Made by a program: the position numbers and the translations under genes. Below, piece after piece: positions 1 through 8,865 of a stretch of 24,000 bases of DNA. The stretch is from Rhodospirillales bacterium (GTDB lineage Bacteria > Pseudomonadota > Alphaproteobacteria > Rhodospirillales > WMHbin7), in contig JACRPC010000005.1 in NCBI GenBank assembly GCA_016214125.1, positions 58,039 through 82,038 on the forward strand, given 5' to 3'. The number at the start of each line of letters is the position of its first letter. Position 1 is the stretch's first letter. The notes beneath the pieces are model-generated. The model did no database searches, was not told the DNA's origin, and saw only the letters and a program-made list of their open reading frames with translations.

Positions 1-344
1 GCCGCATGGGGCCCGGCTACTTCCCCACCACGCTGGGCGGCCTTTTGGCGCTGATCGGCCTGGTGGTGGCGCTGCGCGCCTTGCGCCATCCCGGCGAGCC
101 GGTGCAACGCTTTTTCTCGGCGCCGATGAACTTGATCCTGGGTTCGGTGCTGGGCTTCGCCCTGCTGCTGCCCTTTGCCGGCCTCATTCCCTCGATCGTC
201 GTCCTGGTGGTCGTCTCCAGTTTGGCCGGCGGCAGCCTGCGCTGGAAAACGGTGGGGATCGAGACCGCGCTGCTGTGCCTGGTTGCTACCGCCCTGTTCG
301 TCTGGGGCCTGGGTCTGCCCTTCAGCCTCTTTGGACCACGATAG
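1..344 (+). CDS. tctB: Tripartite tricarboxylate transporter small membrane subunit TctB, 5'-truncated by the window edge
   Basis: The ORF is open to the window start, so the M at position 6 is probably internal. The protein is very hydrophobic (GPGYFPTTLGGLLALIGLVVAL..., 3-4 predicted TM helices). Its stop at 342-344 lies 9 nt upstream of a clear tctA, matching TctB size and position. Confidence 0.75.
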   Translation, partial: RMGPGYFPTTLGGLLALIGLVVALRALRHPGEPVQRFFSAPMNLILGSVLGFALLLPFAGLIPSIVVLVVVSSLAGGSLRWKTVGIETALLCLVATALFVWGLGLPFSLFGPR

Positions 345-353
345 GGCGGAACG

Positions 354-1856
354 ATGGACCTGCTCGGCAATCTCTCGCTTGGTTTCGGTGCGGCGCTCTC
401 GCCCGCCAATCTGCTCTACTGCCTGATCGGCGCCCTCTTGGGCACGCTGATCGGCGTGCTGCCGGGCGTGGGGCCGATCGCCACCATCGCCATGCTGTTG
501 CCGATCACCTTCAAGCTCTCGCCCCTGGCCGCGCTGATCATGCTGGCCGGCATCTATTACGGCGCCCAGTATGGCGGCTCGACGACGGCAATCCTGGTCA
601 ACATGCCGGGCGAATCCTCAAGCGTCGTCACCTGCCTCGACGGCTACCAGATGGCCCGCCAGGGCCGCGCCGGACCGGCCTTGGCGATCGCGGCCCTGGG
701 CTCGTTCTTCGCCGGCTGCGTCGCCACTCTGATCATCGCGCTGTTCGCGCCGGTGCTGGCCGAACTGGCCTTGAAATTCGGGCCAGCCGAATATTTCTCG
801 CTCATGGTGCTGGGCCTGCTGGCCGCCGTGGTGCTGGCCAGCGGCTCGGTCCTGAAGGCGGTGGGCATGGTGATCCTGGGCCTGCTGCTTGGCCTGGTCG
901 GCACCGATGTCAATTCCGGCATGGCGCGCTTTACCTTCGGCCTCACCGATCTGTCCGACGGCATCGGCTTCGTCGCCGTGGCGATGGGGCTGTTCGGCCT
1001 GACCGAGATCATCATCAATCTCGAACATCCCGAGCGCCAGCCGCAGGTGACCGCCAAGGTGAGCCATCTCTGGCCGACCAAAGCCGATTTCAAGGCGGCC
1101 TGGAAGCCGGTGCTGCGCGGCACCGCCCTGGGCTCGATCCTGGGTATCTTGCCGGGCGGCGGCGCGCTTCTGGCCTCGTTCTCCGCCTACACCTTGGAAA
1201 AGAAGATCGCCAAGGACCCCTCGCGCTTCGGCAAGGGCGCCATCGAGGGCGTGGCGGCGCCGGAAGCGGCCAACAACGCCGGCGCCCAGACGTCGTTCAT
1301 TCCCCTGCTCACCCTGGGCATTCCCTCGAACGCGGTGATGGCGCTAATGGTCGGCGCAATGATGATCCAAGGCGTGGCGCCGGGTCCGCAGGTGATGACG
1401 GAAAGGCCGCAACTCTTCTGGGGCGTCATCACCAGCATGTGGATCGGCAATCTGATGCTGGTGATCTTGAACCTGCCCTTGGTGGGCATGTGGGTCAAGC
1501 TTCTGAAGGTGCCCTACCGCCTGCTTTATCCGGCGATCCTGATGTTCTGCGCCATCGGCGTCTACAGCGTCTCCAACAACGCCTTCGATGTCGGGATGAT
1601 CGCCCTGTTCGGCCTGTTGGGCCTCTTGTTTTTCAAGCTGGGTTGCGAGCCGGCGCCCTTGCTTCTCGGCTTCATTCTCGGCCCCTTCATGGAGGAATAT
1701 CTGCGCCGCGCCCTGTTGTTGTCACGCGGCGACGCCACGGTGTTCCTCACCCGGCCGATCAGCCTGGGCTTCCTGATCGCTTCGGCGCTGCTGCTGCTGA
1801 CGATCGTGGCGCCGGCCTTTCGGAAATTGCGCGAAGAAGCCTTTGTCGAAGACTGA
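354..1856 (+). CDS. tctA: Tripartite tricarboxylate transporter large permease TctA
   Basis: 500-aa polytopic membrane protein. The N-terminus MDLLGNLSLGFGAALSPANLLYCLIGALLGTLIGVLPGVGP and the internal GILPGGGA...ANNAGAQTSFIPLLTLGIP segment are characteristic of the TctA family. It is flanked by tctB and a Bug/TctC gene. Confidence 0.95.
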   Translation: MDLLGNLSLGFGAALSPANLLYCLIGALLGTLIGVLPGVGPIATIAMLLPITFKLSPLAALIMLAGIYYGAQYGGSTTAILVNMPGESSSVVTCLDGYQMARQGRAGPALAIAALGSFFAGCVATLIIALFAPVLAELALKFGPAEYFSLMVLGLLAAVVLASGSVLKAVGMVILGLLLGLVGTDVNSGMARFTFGLTDLSDGIGFVAVAMGLFGLTEIIINLEHPERQPQVTAKVSHLWPTKADFKAAWKPVLRGTALGSILGILPGGGALLASFSAYTLEKKIAKDPSRFGKGAIEGVAAPEAANNAGAQTSFIPLLTLGIPSNAVMALMVGAMMIQGVAPGPQVMTERPQLFWGVITSMWIGNLMLVILNLPLVGMWVKLLKVPYRLLYPAILMFCAIGVYSVSNNAFDVGMIALFGLLGLLFFKLGCEPAPLLLGFILGPFMEEYLRRALLLSRGDATVFLTRPISLGFLIASALLLLTIVAPAFRKLREEAFVED

Positions 1857-1878
1857 CCCGACACCCAAGGAGGATCGC

Positions 1879-2847
1879 ATGACCCCACGGATGCTCGCCG
1901 CTTTGATCGCTCTCGTCCTTGGGCTCGGCGCCGCGCCGGCCCTGGCGCAAACCTATCCCACCAAGCCGGTCCGGATCATCGTTCCCTATCCGCCCGGCGG
2001 CGGCAACGACATCGTCGCCCGCGCCCTGGGCCAGAAGCTCACCGAAAGCCTGGGCCAAAACGTGCTGGTCGAGAACAAGCCAGGCGGCGGCACCCTGATC
2101 GGCGCCGAAGCGGCGGCCAAGGCGCCCCCCGACGGCCACACCCTGTTCGTCGGCACCATCGCCACCATGGCGATCAATCCCAGCCTTTATAAGGAAATGC
2201 CTTACCATCCGGTCAAGGATTTCGCGCCGATCATCCATCTCGTCAATTACCACATGATCCTGGTCGCCCATCCCGATCTGCCGGTGAAATCGGTGGCCGA
2301 GCTGATCGCCCATGCCAAAGCCAATCCCGGCAAGCTCAGCTACGCCTCGTTCGGCAGCGGCAGCACGCCGCATCTGGGCACCGAACTGTTGAAGACGATG
2401 ACCGGCATCGACATGGTCCACATCCCCTACAAGGGCGGCGCGCCGGCGATCGCCGATCTGGTGGGCGGTCAGGTGCCGGTGATGTTCATCGACACGCCCC
2501 CCGCGCTTACCCATATCAAGGCCGGCAAGATGCGGGCCCTGGCGGTGTCGCCCGCCCAGCGCACGGCGCTGATGCCCGATCTGCCCACGGTGGGCGAGAC
2601 GGTGCCCGGCTTCGGCTTCACCTCCTGGGCCGGCCTCTACGCCACCGCCGGCACGCCGGCCGAGGTGGTGGCCAAACTCAACGGCGAGATCAACCGCATC
2701 TTGAAGCTGCCTGACATCCACGAACAGCTTTCCAAGCTGGGCGCCGACCCGGTTGGCGGCACGCCCAAGAACCTGGCCGAATGGATGGCGGCGGAAACGG
2801 TCAAGTGGGCCAAGGTGGTCAAGGATTCGGGCGCCAAGCTCGACTAA
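1879..2847 (+). CDS. tctC: Bug/TctC-family periplasmic tricarboxylate-type solute-binding protein
   Basis: AGGAGG lies 5 nt upstream of the ATG at 1879, which I prefer to the track start at 1843. Signal peptide MTPRMLAALIALVLGLGAAPALAQ. Family-typical YPTKPVRIIVPYPPGGGNDIVAR and SFGSGSTPHL motifs. Confidence 0.9.
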   Translation: MTPRMLAALIALVLGLGAAPALAQTYPTKPVRIIVPYPPGGGNDIVARALGQKLTESLGQNVLVENKPGGGTLIGAEAAAKAPPDGHTLFVGTIATMAINPSLYKEMPYHPVKDFAPIIHLVNYHMILVAHPDLPVKSVAELIAHAKANPGKLSYASFGSGSTPHLGTELLKTMTGIDMVHIPYKGGAPAIADLVGGQVPVMFIDTPPALTHIKAGKMRALAVSPAQRTALMPDLPTVGETVPGFGFTSWAGLYATAGTPAEVVAKLNGEINRILKLPDIHEQLSKLGADPVGGTPKNLAEWMAAETVKWAKVVKDSGAKLD

Positions 2848-2865
2848 TCATTCGGAGAGGGTTTC

Positions 2866-4593
2866 GTGAGCGAACACAGCACCGCGCATCATTTTCTCGA
2901 AGGCCTGTGCGAGATCGGGGTCGAGTATCTGTTTTGCAATCTCGGCACCGATCATGTGCCGATCATCGAGGAGTTGGCACGCTGGAAGAAGGCGGGCCGC
3001 AACCATCCCGCCGTCCTGCTGTGCGGCCACGAGAATCTTGCCATGCACATGGCGATGGGCTACGCCCTGCTGACCGGCAAGGGTCAGGCGGTGCTGGTGC
3101 ATGTCGATGTCGGCGTCGCCAACGCCGTGATGGGCATGCACAACGCCTGCCGCACCCGGGTGCCGCTTCTGCTCTTCGCCGGCAAGGCGCCCTTCACGGT
3201 GCGGGGCGAGTTGCCCGGTTCGCGCGACACCTTCGTCAATTTCCTGCAAGAGCCCTTCGACATGGCCGGCATGGTGCGGCCCTTCGCCAAATGGACCTAC
3301 GACCTGCCGGCCGGGCTGGTGGTGCGCGAAGCGCTGACCCGCGCCCATGCGGTGATGCAGAGCGATCCGCAGGGCCCGGTGCTGATGACCGCGGCGCGCG
3401 AGGTGCTGATGAGCCCGCAGCCCGACGAGAAAATGCGATCCTTCCCGCCCGAGCGTCAGGGTCCGATCCAGGCGGCGGGGCTCGATGACGGCGCCGTTCG
3501 CAAGCTGGCGGCGATGATTTTGGCCGCTAAGAATCCGGTGCTGATCTCCTCCTACGCCGGGCGCAATCCGAAGGCGCCGGCCCTCGTCGACGCGCTGGCC
3601 CGTTTGGCCGGCATGCGGGTCTATGAATCGAACGCCATCCATCTCAACATCCCGCGCGATTCCCCCTGCTTCGCCGGCTTTCTGGCCGGACCGGAATTGG
3701 GCGATGCCGATTTCGGGCTCTTGGTCGATGTCGATACGCCCTGGGTGCCCAAATTCGCCAAGATCGATCCCCAGGCGCGCTGGGCGGTGCTCGATGTCGA
3801 TCCCTTGAAATCCGGCATGCCCAATTGGGGCTATCCGGCCGATCTGCGTCTGATGGCCGATTCCGTTCCCGTGCTGGAGCGGCTGATCGCGCTGTTACAA
3901 GCCGAGGCGCCCGAGGCCTGGAAGAGGGCCGCCGCCGAACGCCTCGCGGCTTTGGCCCAGCGCCGCCAGGGCCTGCGCGAAGCGGCCAAGAAGGCCGCCG
4001 CCGATCCGGGCAAGAAGGGGGCGATGTCGGTCTCCTATGTCGCCGCCGAACTGAACAAGGTGCTGGGCCCCGACGATATCCTGGTGCACGAGACGATCAC
4101 AAATGTCTTCCAGGTGATGGCGCAGATCGAGCGCACCCGGCCCTTGAGCGTGCTCGCCAATGGCGGCGGCGGTCTGGGCTTCGGCGGCGGCGTTGCCTTG
4201 GGCGCCAAGCTGGCCAAGCCCGACCGGCTGGTGGTGCATCTGACCGGCGACGGCAGCTTCGTCTTCTCCAATCCCTCGGCGATGATGATCGCCGCCAAGC
4301 GCTACGGCTTGCCGATCCTTACCATCGTGCTCGACAATGGCGGCTGGGGTGCGGTCAAGGGGGCGACCTTGCGATCCTTCCCCGAGGGCACCGCCAAGGC
4401 GATGGGCGAGTTCCAGGCCGTGCTGGGCGAAGGCATCCGTCACGAGGCCCTGGCGGCGATGGTCGACGGCCATGGCGAATGTGTCGAGGACCCGGCCGAA
4501 ATCGCCGTTGCCCTGGGGCGCGGCATCGCCGCAGTCAAGGCCGGCAAGCCGGCGGTGGTGGTGTTCCGGATCGAGCGCATCGACCAGACCTAG
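2866..4593 (+). CDS. Thiamine-diphosphate-dependent enzyme (acetolactate synthase / benzoylformate decarboxylase superfamily); substrate unknown
   Basis: GTG start at 2866 preceded by GGAGAGG. N-terminal Pyr-domain catalytic Glu context GHENLAMHMAMGYA. C-terminal ThDP-Mg motif GDGSFVFSNPSAMMIAAKRYGLPILTIVLDNGGWG. 575 aa, typical for the family. Confidence 0.9.
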   Translation: MSEHSTAHHFLEGLCEIGVEYLFCNLGTDHVPIIEELARWKKAGRNHPAVLLCGHENLAMHMAMGYALLTGKGQAVLVHVDVGVANAVMGMHNACRTRVPLLLFAGKAPFTVRGELPGSRDTFVNFLQEPFDMAGMVRPFAKWTYDLPAGLVVREALTRAHAVMQSDPQGPVLMTAAREVLMSPQPDEKMRSFPPERQGPIQAAGLDDGAVRKLAAMILAAKNPVLISSYAGRNPKAPALVDALARLAGMRVYESNAIHLNIPRDSPCFAGFLAGPELGDADFGLLVDVDTPWVPKFAKIDPQARWAVLDVDPLKSGMPNWGYPADLRLMADSVPVLERLIALLQAEAPEAWKRAAAERLAALAQRRQGLREAAKKAAADPGKKGAMSVSYVAAELNKVLGPDDILVHETITNVFQVMAQIERTRPLSVLANGGGGLGFGGGVALGAKLAKPDRLVVHLTGDGSFVFSNPSAMMIAAKRYGLPILTIVLDNGGWGAVKGATLRSFPEGTAKAMGEFQAVLGEGIRHEALAAMVDGHGECVEDPAEIAVALGRGIAAVKAGKPAVVVFRIERIDQT

Positions 4594-4603
4594 GAGGTCT
4601 TGC

Positions 4604-6106
4604 ATGACCGACGCCGACTCTCTGGCCCGCAGGCTTTTCAAATCCGAATACGGCCATTTCATCGGCGGCCAATGGCTGGCCGGCGAAAGCGGCCAGACCA
4701 TTCCGCTTTACAATCCGGCCACCGGCCATGAATTGGCGCGCATCGCCTCGGGCAACGCCTTCGATGTCGAGCGCGCCGTCGAGGCCGCCCATAACGCCTT
4801 TCCCGCCTGGTCGAAAAGCACCGCCATCGAGCGCCAGCGCCTCCTGATCGCCATCGCGGAGCGGCTGAAGGCACGGCTTGACGATTACGCGGCGATGGAA
4901 TCGTTGAACAACGGCAAGACGCTGGCCGAGGCCAAGCGCTTCGATCTGCCGGCCGTCATCACCCGCTTCGAGCTGTTCGCCGGCGCTGCCTTTTCTCTGG
5001 CCGGCAAGACACTCGATTATCCCGACGCCATCGGCCTAGTGCATCGCGAGCCCTATGGCGTGGTGGCGCAGATCATTCCCTGGAACGTGCCGCTCTTGAT
5101 GATGGCGGGCAAGATCGCGCCCGCCTTGGCCTCGGGCAACACGGTGGTACTGAAGCCGGCGGAAACCGTCTGCCTGTCGGTGTTGGAATTCTTCCGCGAG
5201 ATGGCCGATCTCATCCCGCCCGGCGTGGTCAATGTCGTCACCGGTTACGGTTCGGAAATCGGCCCGGCGCTGGTCCAGCACCCTTTGGTGCGCAAGGTGG
5301 CGATGACCGGCTCGGGCGCCACCGGGCGCGCCATTCTCGGCTATTCGGCCAAGCACATCATCCCCGCCACGCTGGAACTCGGCGGCAAATCGGCCAACAT
5401 CGTTTTCGCCGACGCCGATCGTGAGGCGGCCTTGGAAGGGGCGGTGCTTTCCACCGTCTTCAACAAGGGCGAAGTCTGCATGGCCGGCTCGCGCCTGTTG
5501 ATCGAGCGCCGCATCTATGGCGAATTCACCGCCCTTCTGGCCGAGCGCCTGCGCAAGATCCGCCTGGGCGATCCCCTGGACCCGGCGACCCAGATGGGAC
5601 CCCAGGCGTCGCGCGCCCAGTATGAAAAGGTGTTGGCCTATCTCGATCTCGGCCCCAAGGAAGGCGCCCACACGCTGTGCGGCGGCGGTGCGGCCCAGGT
5701 GCCCGGCCTGCCGCTTGGCCTGTTCGTCCAGCCCACCTTGTTCACCCAGGTCACCAACACCATGCGCATCGCCCGCGAGGAAATCTTCGGCCCGGTCACC
5801 TCGGCCATTCCCTTCGACGACGAGGCCGAGGCGATCCGCATCGCCAACGATTCGCCCTATGGCCTGGCGGGCGGGGTATGGACCCGCGATCTGGCGCGCG
5901 CCCATCGGGTGGCCCGCGCCCTGGAGACCGGCACCGTCTGGCTCAACCGCTATTACAACCAGAAGCCCAACCTGCCCTTCGGCGGCTACAAGGAAAGCGG
6001 CATCGGCATCGAGACCTGCCAGGAAATGCTCGACCAATACACCCACCGCAAGACGGTGGTGGTCAGTTTGGCCGAAGGGCCGCTGGGATTGTTCCGGGAT
6101 TCTTAA
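4604..6106 (+). CDS. NAD(P)+-dependent aldehyde dehydrogenase
   Basis: AGGAGG lies 6 nt upstream of the ATG at 4604; the track ORF start at 4337 overlaps the previous gene and was rejected. ALDH Glu motif LELGGKSANIVF, Cys motif FNKGEVCMAGSRL, and the C-terminal GGYKESGIG motif. 500 aa. Confidence 0.93.
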   Translation: MTDADSLARRLFKSEYGHFIGGQWLAGESGQTIPLYNPATGHELARIASGNAFDVERAVEAAHNAFPAWSKSTAIERQRLLIAIAERLKARLDDYAAMESLNNGKTLAEAKRFDLPAVITRFELFAGAAFSLAGKTLDYPDAIGLVHREPYGVVAQIIPWNVPLLMMAGKIAPALASGNTVVLKPAETVCLSVLEFFREMADLIPPGVVNVVTGYGSEIGPALVQHPLVRKVAMTGSGATGRAILGYSAKHIIPATLELGGKSANIVFADADREAALEGAVLSTVFNKGEVCMAGSRLLIERRIYGEFTALLAERLRKIRLGDPLDPATQMGPQASRAQYEKVLAYLDLGPKEGAHTLCGGGAAQVPGLPLGLFVQPTLFTQVTNTMRIAREEIFGPVTSAIPFDDEAEAIRIANDSPYGLAGGVWTRDLARAHRVARALETGTVWLNRYYNQKPNLPFGGYKESGIGIETCQEMLDQYTHRKTVVVSLAEGPLGLFRDS

Positions 6107-8750
6107 ACCGGGCCGGGCATTCGGTACAGGGCGGCGGCAGATCGGGATCAGCCTGACGGGCGATCATCCATTCCATGAATTCGGCCTCGGGCATCGGGCG
6201 GGCGTACCAGAAGCCCTGGATGAAATGGCAATTGCGTTCGCGCAGGAACTCGACCTGATCGGGCTCCTCGACGCCCTCGGCCACCAGACGCAGGCGCAGG
6301 GTGGTGCCCAGCGAAATGATGGTTTCGGCGATGGCGGCCACGTCGGGATCGCTGCGCACCTCGGCGATGAAGGAACGGTCGATCTTCAAGATGCTCAAAG
6401 GCAGCTTGCGCAGATAGCCCAGGCTGGAATAGCCGGTGCCGAAATCGTCGACCGCGATGTCGATGCCGTGCTCGCGGAAGCGGCCCAAGGTGGTGGCGGC
6501 GCTGATCGGGTCGCTCATCACCGTCGATTCGGTCAGTTCGATCTCCAGATCGGCGGGGTTGCAACCGGTCTCTGCCAGGATGGCGCGAAAGCGCTCGATC
6601 AAGCCCTTGTCGAGAAACTGGCGGGGCGACAGGTTGATCGCCACCCGCCCCACCGGCACCGGATCGCGGCGGTGATTGACGATAAACCGGCAGACGGATT
6701 CCAGCACCCATTCGCCGATCGGCACGATCAGCCCGGTTTCCTCGGCCAAGGGGATGAACACCGCCGGCGGAACCAAGCCCTTGGTCGGATGGCGCCAGCG
6801 CACCAAGGCCTCGGCGCCGCAGGGCCGGTTGGCCTCCAGGCACAGGCGGGGCTGATAATGCATTTCGAAAGCGCCGGTTTCGATGGCTTGGCGCAATTCC
6901 TGTTCGAGATCGAGGCGGTCGAGCGCCCGGCGATTCATCGGCGCATCGAAGAAGCGGAAGCCGTTGCGGCCCTGCTCCTTGGCCGAGTACATGGCGGTGT
7001 CGGCGTTCTTGAGCAGGGCTTCGCTGGTTTCGCCGTCCTGCGGATAAAGCGCGATGCCGATGCTCGCCCCGATATGGAAGCGGCGGTCCTCGAACACGTA
7101 AGCAAGGCCCAGGACCTGAACGAGACGTTCGGCGCTCAACACCGCCTCGTCGGCGTTTTGCAGGCTTTCCAAGACGACCACGAATTCGTCGCCGCCCAGC
7201 CGTGCGATGGTGTCCTCGGCCCGCACGCTGGCCCGCAGGCGATCGGCCGCCTCCTTGAGCAGGCGGTCGCCCACCGCATGACCCTGGGTGTCGTTGATCA
7301 TCTTGAAGCGGTCGAGATCGATCAGGAGTACCGCCAGGCGGCCATCGCGGCGCTTGGCGCTGGCGATGGCGTGATCGAGGCGGTCGATCATCAGATGGCG
7401 GTTGGGCAGGTCGGTGAGCGCATCGTGATAGGCCATGTGTTCGATCTGGCGGTCGCGTCGGCGCAGTTCGGTGACGTCGTTGAACACGCCGACATGACCG
7501 ATCGGCGTCCCGTTGGCGTCCTTGACCAGCGCGATGCTCAGCCATTCCGGAAAGATTTCGCCGCTCTTGCGCCGGTTCCACACTTCGCCTTGCCAGCTTC
7601 CCTCATCCTTCAGGCGCGTCCACATCGCCTGATAGAAGGCGGGCGGATGATGGCCCGAGCGCAACAGGCTAGGGGTCTTGCCCAAGATTTCGGCGGGCTC
7701 GTAGCCGGTGATCGCCGTGAAGGCCGGGTTCACCGACAGGATGATGCCCTCGGGATCGGTGACCATGATGCCCTCGACCGTGTTGTCGAAGACGCTGGCC
7801 GCCAGGCGAAGATCGCGGCTGCGCCGGTCGAGGTGGCGGGCCAGCATCAGCGAGAGCAGGCCGAAGGCCAGGATGGCCACGCCCATGAAGGCTTCGTTCC
7901 GGGTCCAACCTTCCAGAACCTCGGCGTGCGCCTGACTAACCGCCACCAAGAGCGGGTAGCTTTCGAATCGATGCAGCCAGCCGATGCGCCGCTCGCCGAA
8001 GAAAGCGAAATAGTCATCGTAAAGGCGGGTGCGTTCCCCCACCGCCAGATGGCGCATTATGATCGTCTGCTCCGCCAGCGGCCGGCCGACATCAAGACCG
8101 GGGCGGAGTGGATCGACGATCAGCAGCACGCCATTGGCGGTCGCCAGCAAGGCGGCGCCCGAGCGCGAGGGATGCGCGGAATGCAAAAGAACGCGGAAGT
8201 GATCGGGATCGAAGGATATGGCGGCAATCCCCTGGAAGCGGCCGACGGAATCGCGCAGGGCCCGCGCCACGATGATGGAATGACCGCCCCGGGTGCGGCT
8301 GGCCACCATCTCGATCGCCAAGCGATGGGGATAATCGGGCTGCGCCGCGTTCTTGAAATAATCGCGGTCGCCGATCATCACCCCCCGCGCCTGGGGCAGC
8401 GTCGCCATCACCACGCGGCCCTCGCCATCGGTGACGAAGGTGTTGTTGATTTCGGGGTACGCGGCCAGCCGGGTGCCGAGAAAATCCATCGCCTCGCCAT
8501 CGGCCATGCCCCGCCGGGCCGCCATCGTACCGACATCGGCCAGCAGCAGTTCGTAGCTGCGCATCACTGCCTCGATGCGGTCCTTGGCGCTGTAGCCGAG
8601 CGTCTGAACGTTCTCATGCGCCGCGCGAACGAGGCTGGCGCGGCTGGCGATCGCCTGCCAGAAGGAGGCCGCGACGACGAAAACGATGAGCGCCAGCGCC
8701 ATGCTGGTGGCCGGGCGGGTACGGAACCAGGAGCCGGTGTGCGTGGTCAC
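6063..8750 (-). CDS. Membrane sensor diguanylate cyclase/phosphodiesterase (TM, periplasmic Cache-like domain, TM, PAS, GGDEF, EAL)
   Basis: Two TM segments (ALALIVFVVAASFW and FMGVAILAFGLLSLML) flank about 270 aa that contain GDRDYF, which is Cache-like. PAS region VFDNTVEGIMVTDPEGIILSVNPAFTAITGY. Intact RLGGDEFVV preceded by RAED in the I-site position. Intact EAL set: EALVRW, DDFGTGYSSL, KIDRSF, EGVE. The start is GTG at 8750; an ATG at 8702 is an alternative. Confidence 0.93.
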   Translation of the reverse strand: MTTHTGSWFRTRPATSMALALIVFVVAASFWQAIASRASLVRAAHENVQTLGYSAKDRIEAVMRSYELLLADVGTMAARRGMADGEAMDFLGTRLAAYPEINNTFVTDGEGRVVMATLPQARGVMIGDRDYFKNAAQPDYPHRLAIEMVASRTRGGHSIIVARALRDSVGRFQGIAAISFDPDHFRVLLHSAHPSRSGAALLATANGVLLIVDPLRPGLDVGRPLAEQTIIMRHLAVGERTRLYDDYFAFFGERRIGWLHRFESYPLLVAVSQAHAEVLEGWTRNEAFMGVAILAFGLLSLMLARHLDRRSRDLRLAASVFDNTVEGIMVTDPEGIILSVNPAFTAITGYEPAEILGKTPSLLRSGHHPPAFYQAMWTRLKDEGSWQGEVWNRRKSGEIFPEWLSIALVKDANGTPIGHVGVFNDVTELRRRDRQIEHMAYHDALTDLPNRHLMIDRLDHAIASAKRRDGRLAVLLIDLDRFKMINDTQGHAVGDRLLKEAADRLRASVRAEDTIARLGGDEFVVVLESLQNADEAVLSAERLVQVLGLAYVFEDRRFHIGASIGIALYPQDGETSEALLKNADTAMYSAKEQGRNGFRFFDAPMNRRALDRLDLEQELRQAIETGAFEMHYQPRLCLEANRPCGAEALVRWRHPTKGLVPPAVFIPLAEETGLIVPIGEWVLESVCRFIVNHRRDPVPVGRVAINLSPRQFLDKGLIERFRAILAETGCNPADLEIELTESTVMSDPISAATTLGRFREHGIDIAVDDFGTGYSSLGYLRKLPLSILKIDRSFIAEVRSDPDVAAIAETIISLGTTLRLRLVAEGVEEPDQVEFLRERNCHFIQGFWYARPMPEAEFMEWMIARQADPDLPPPCTECPARFKNPGTIPAALRPN

Positions 8751-8865
8751 GATTGGGGACCGCCTGCGGCGTGGCTCACGAACGTTCGAGGCAAGATCGT
8801 CAACGCCGATCCTTGTGGTTGGAGGCCAAAACTATAGAGGGTCCCGTCCTTCGAAACCAGGACGA

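Noticed and set aside
275-1882. 535-aa + strand ORF overlapping tctA in another frame
   Set aside because: It is Arg/Gly/Pro-rich nonsense, while the 354..1856 frame gives a textbook TctA permease.
1759-6046. Minus-strand ORFs 1759..2721, 2848..3642, 3895..4701 and 5036..6046
   Set aside because: They are antisense to the tctC, ThDP enzyme and ALDH genes, which all carry diagnostic motifs. The composition is typical of high-GC antisense frames.
5517-8837. 1106-aa + strand ORF, the longest in the track
   Set aside because: Its first part is an out-of-frame read-through of the ALDH gene and the rest is antisense to the GGDEF-EAL sensor. The composition is R/A/G/H/Q-rich with no motifs. The minus-strand protein has complete PAS, GGDEF and EAL signatures. 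This is a high-GC artefact.
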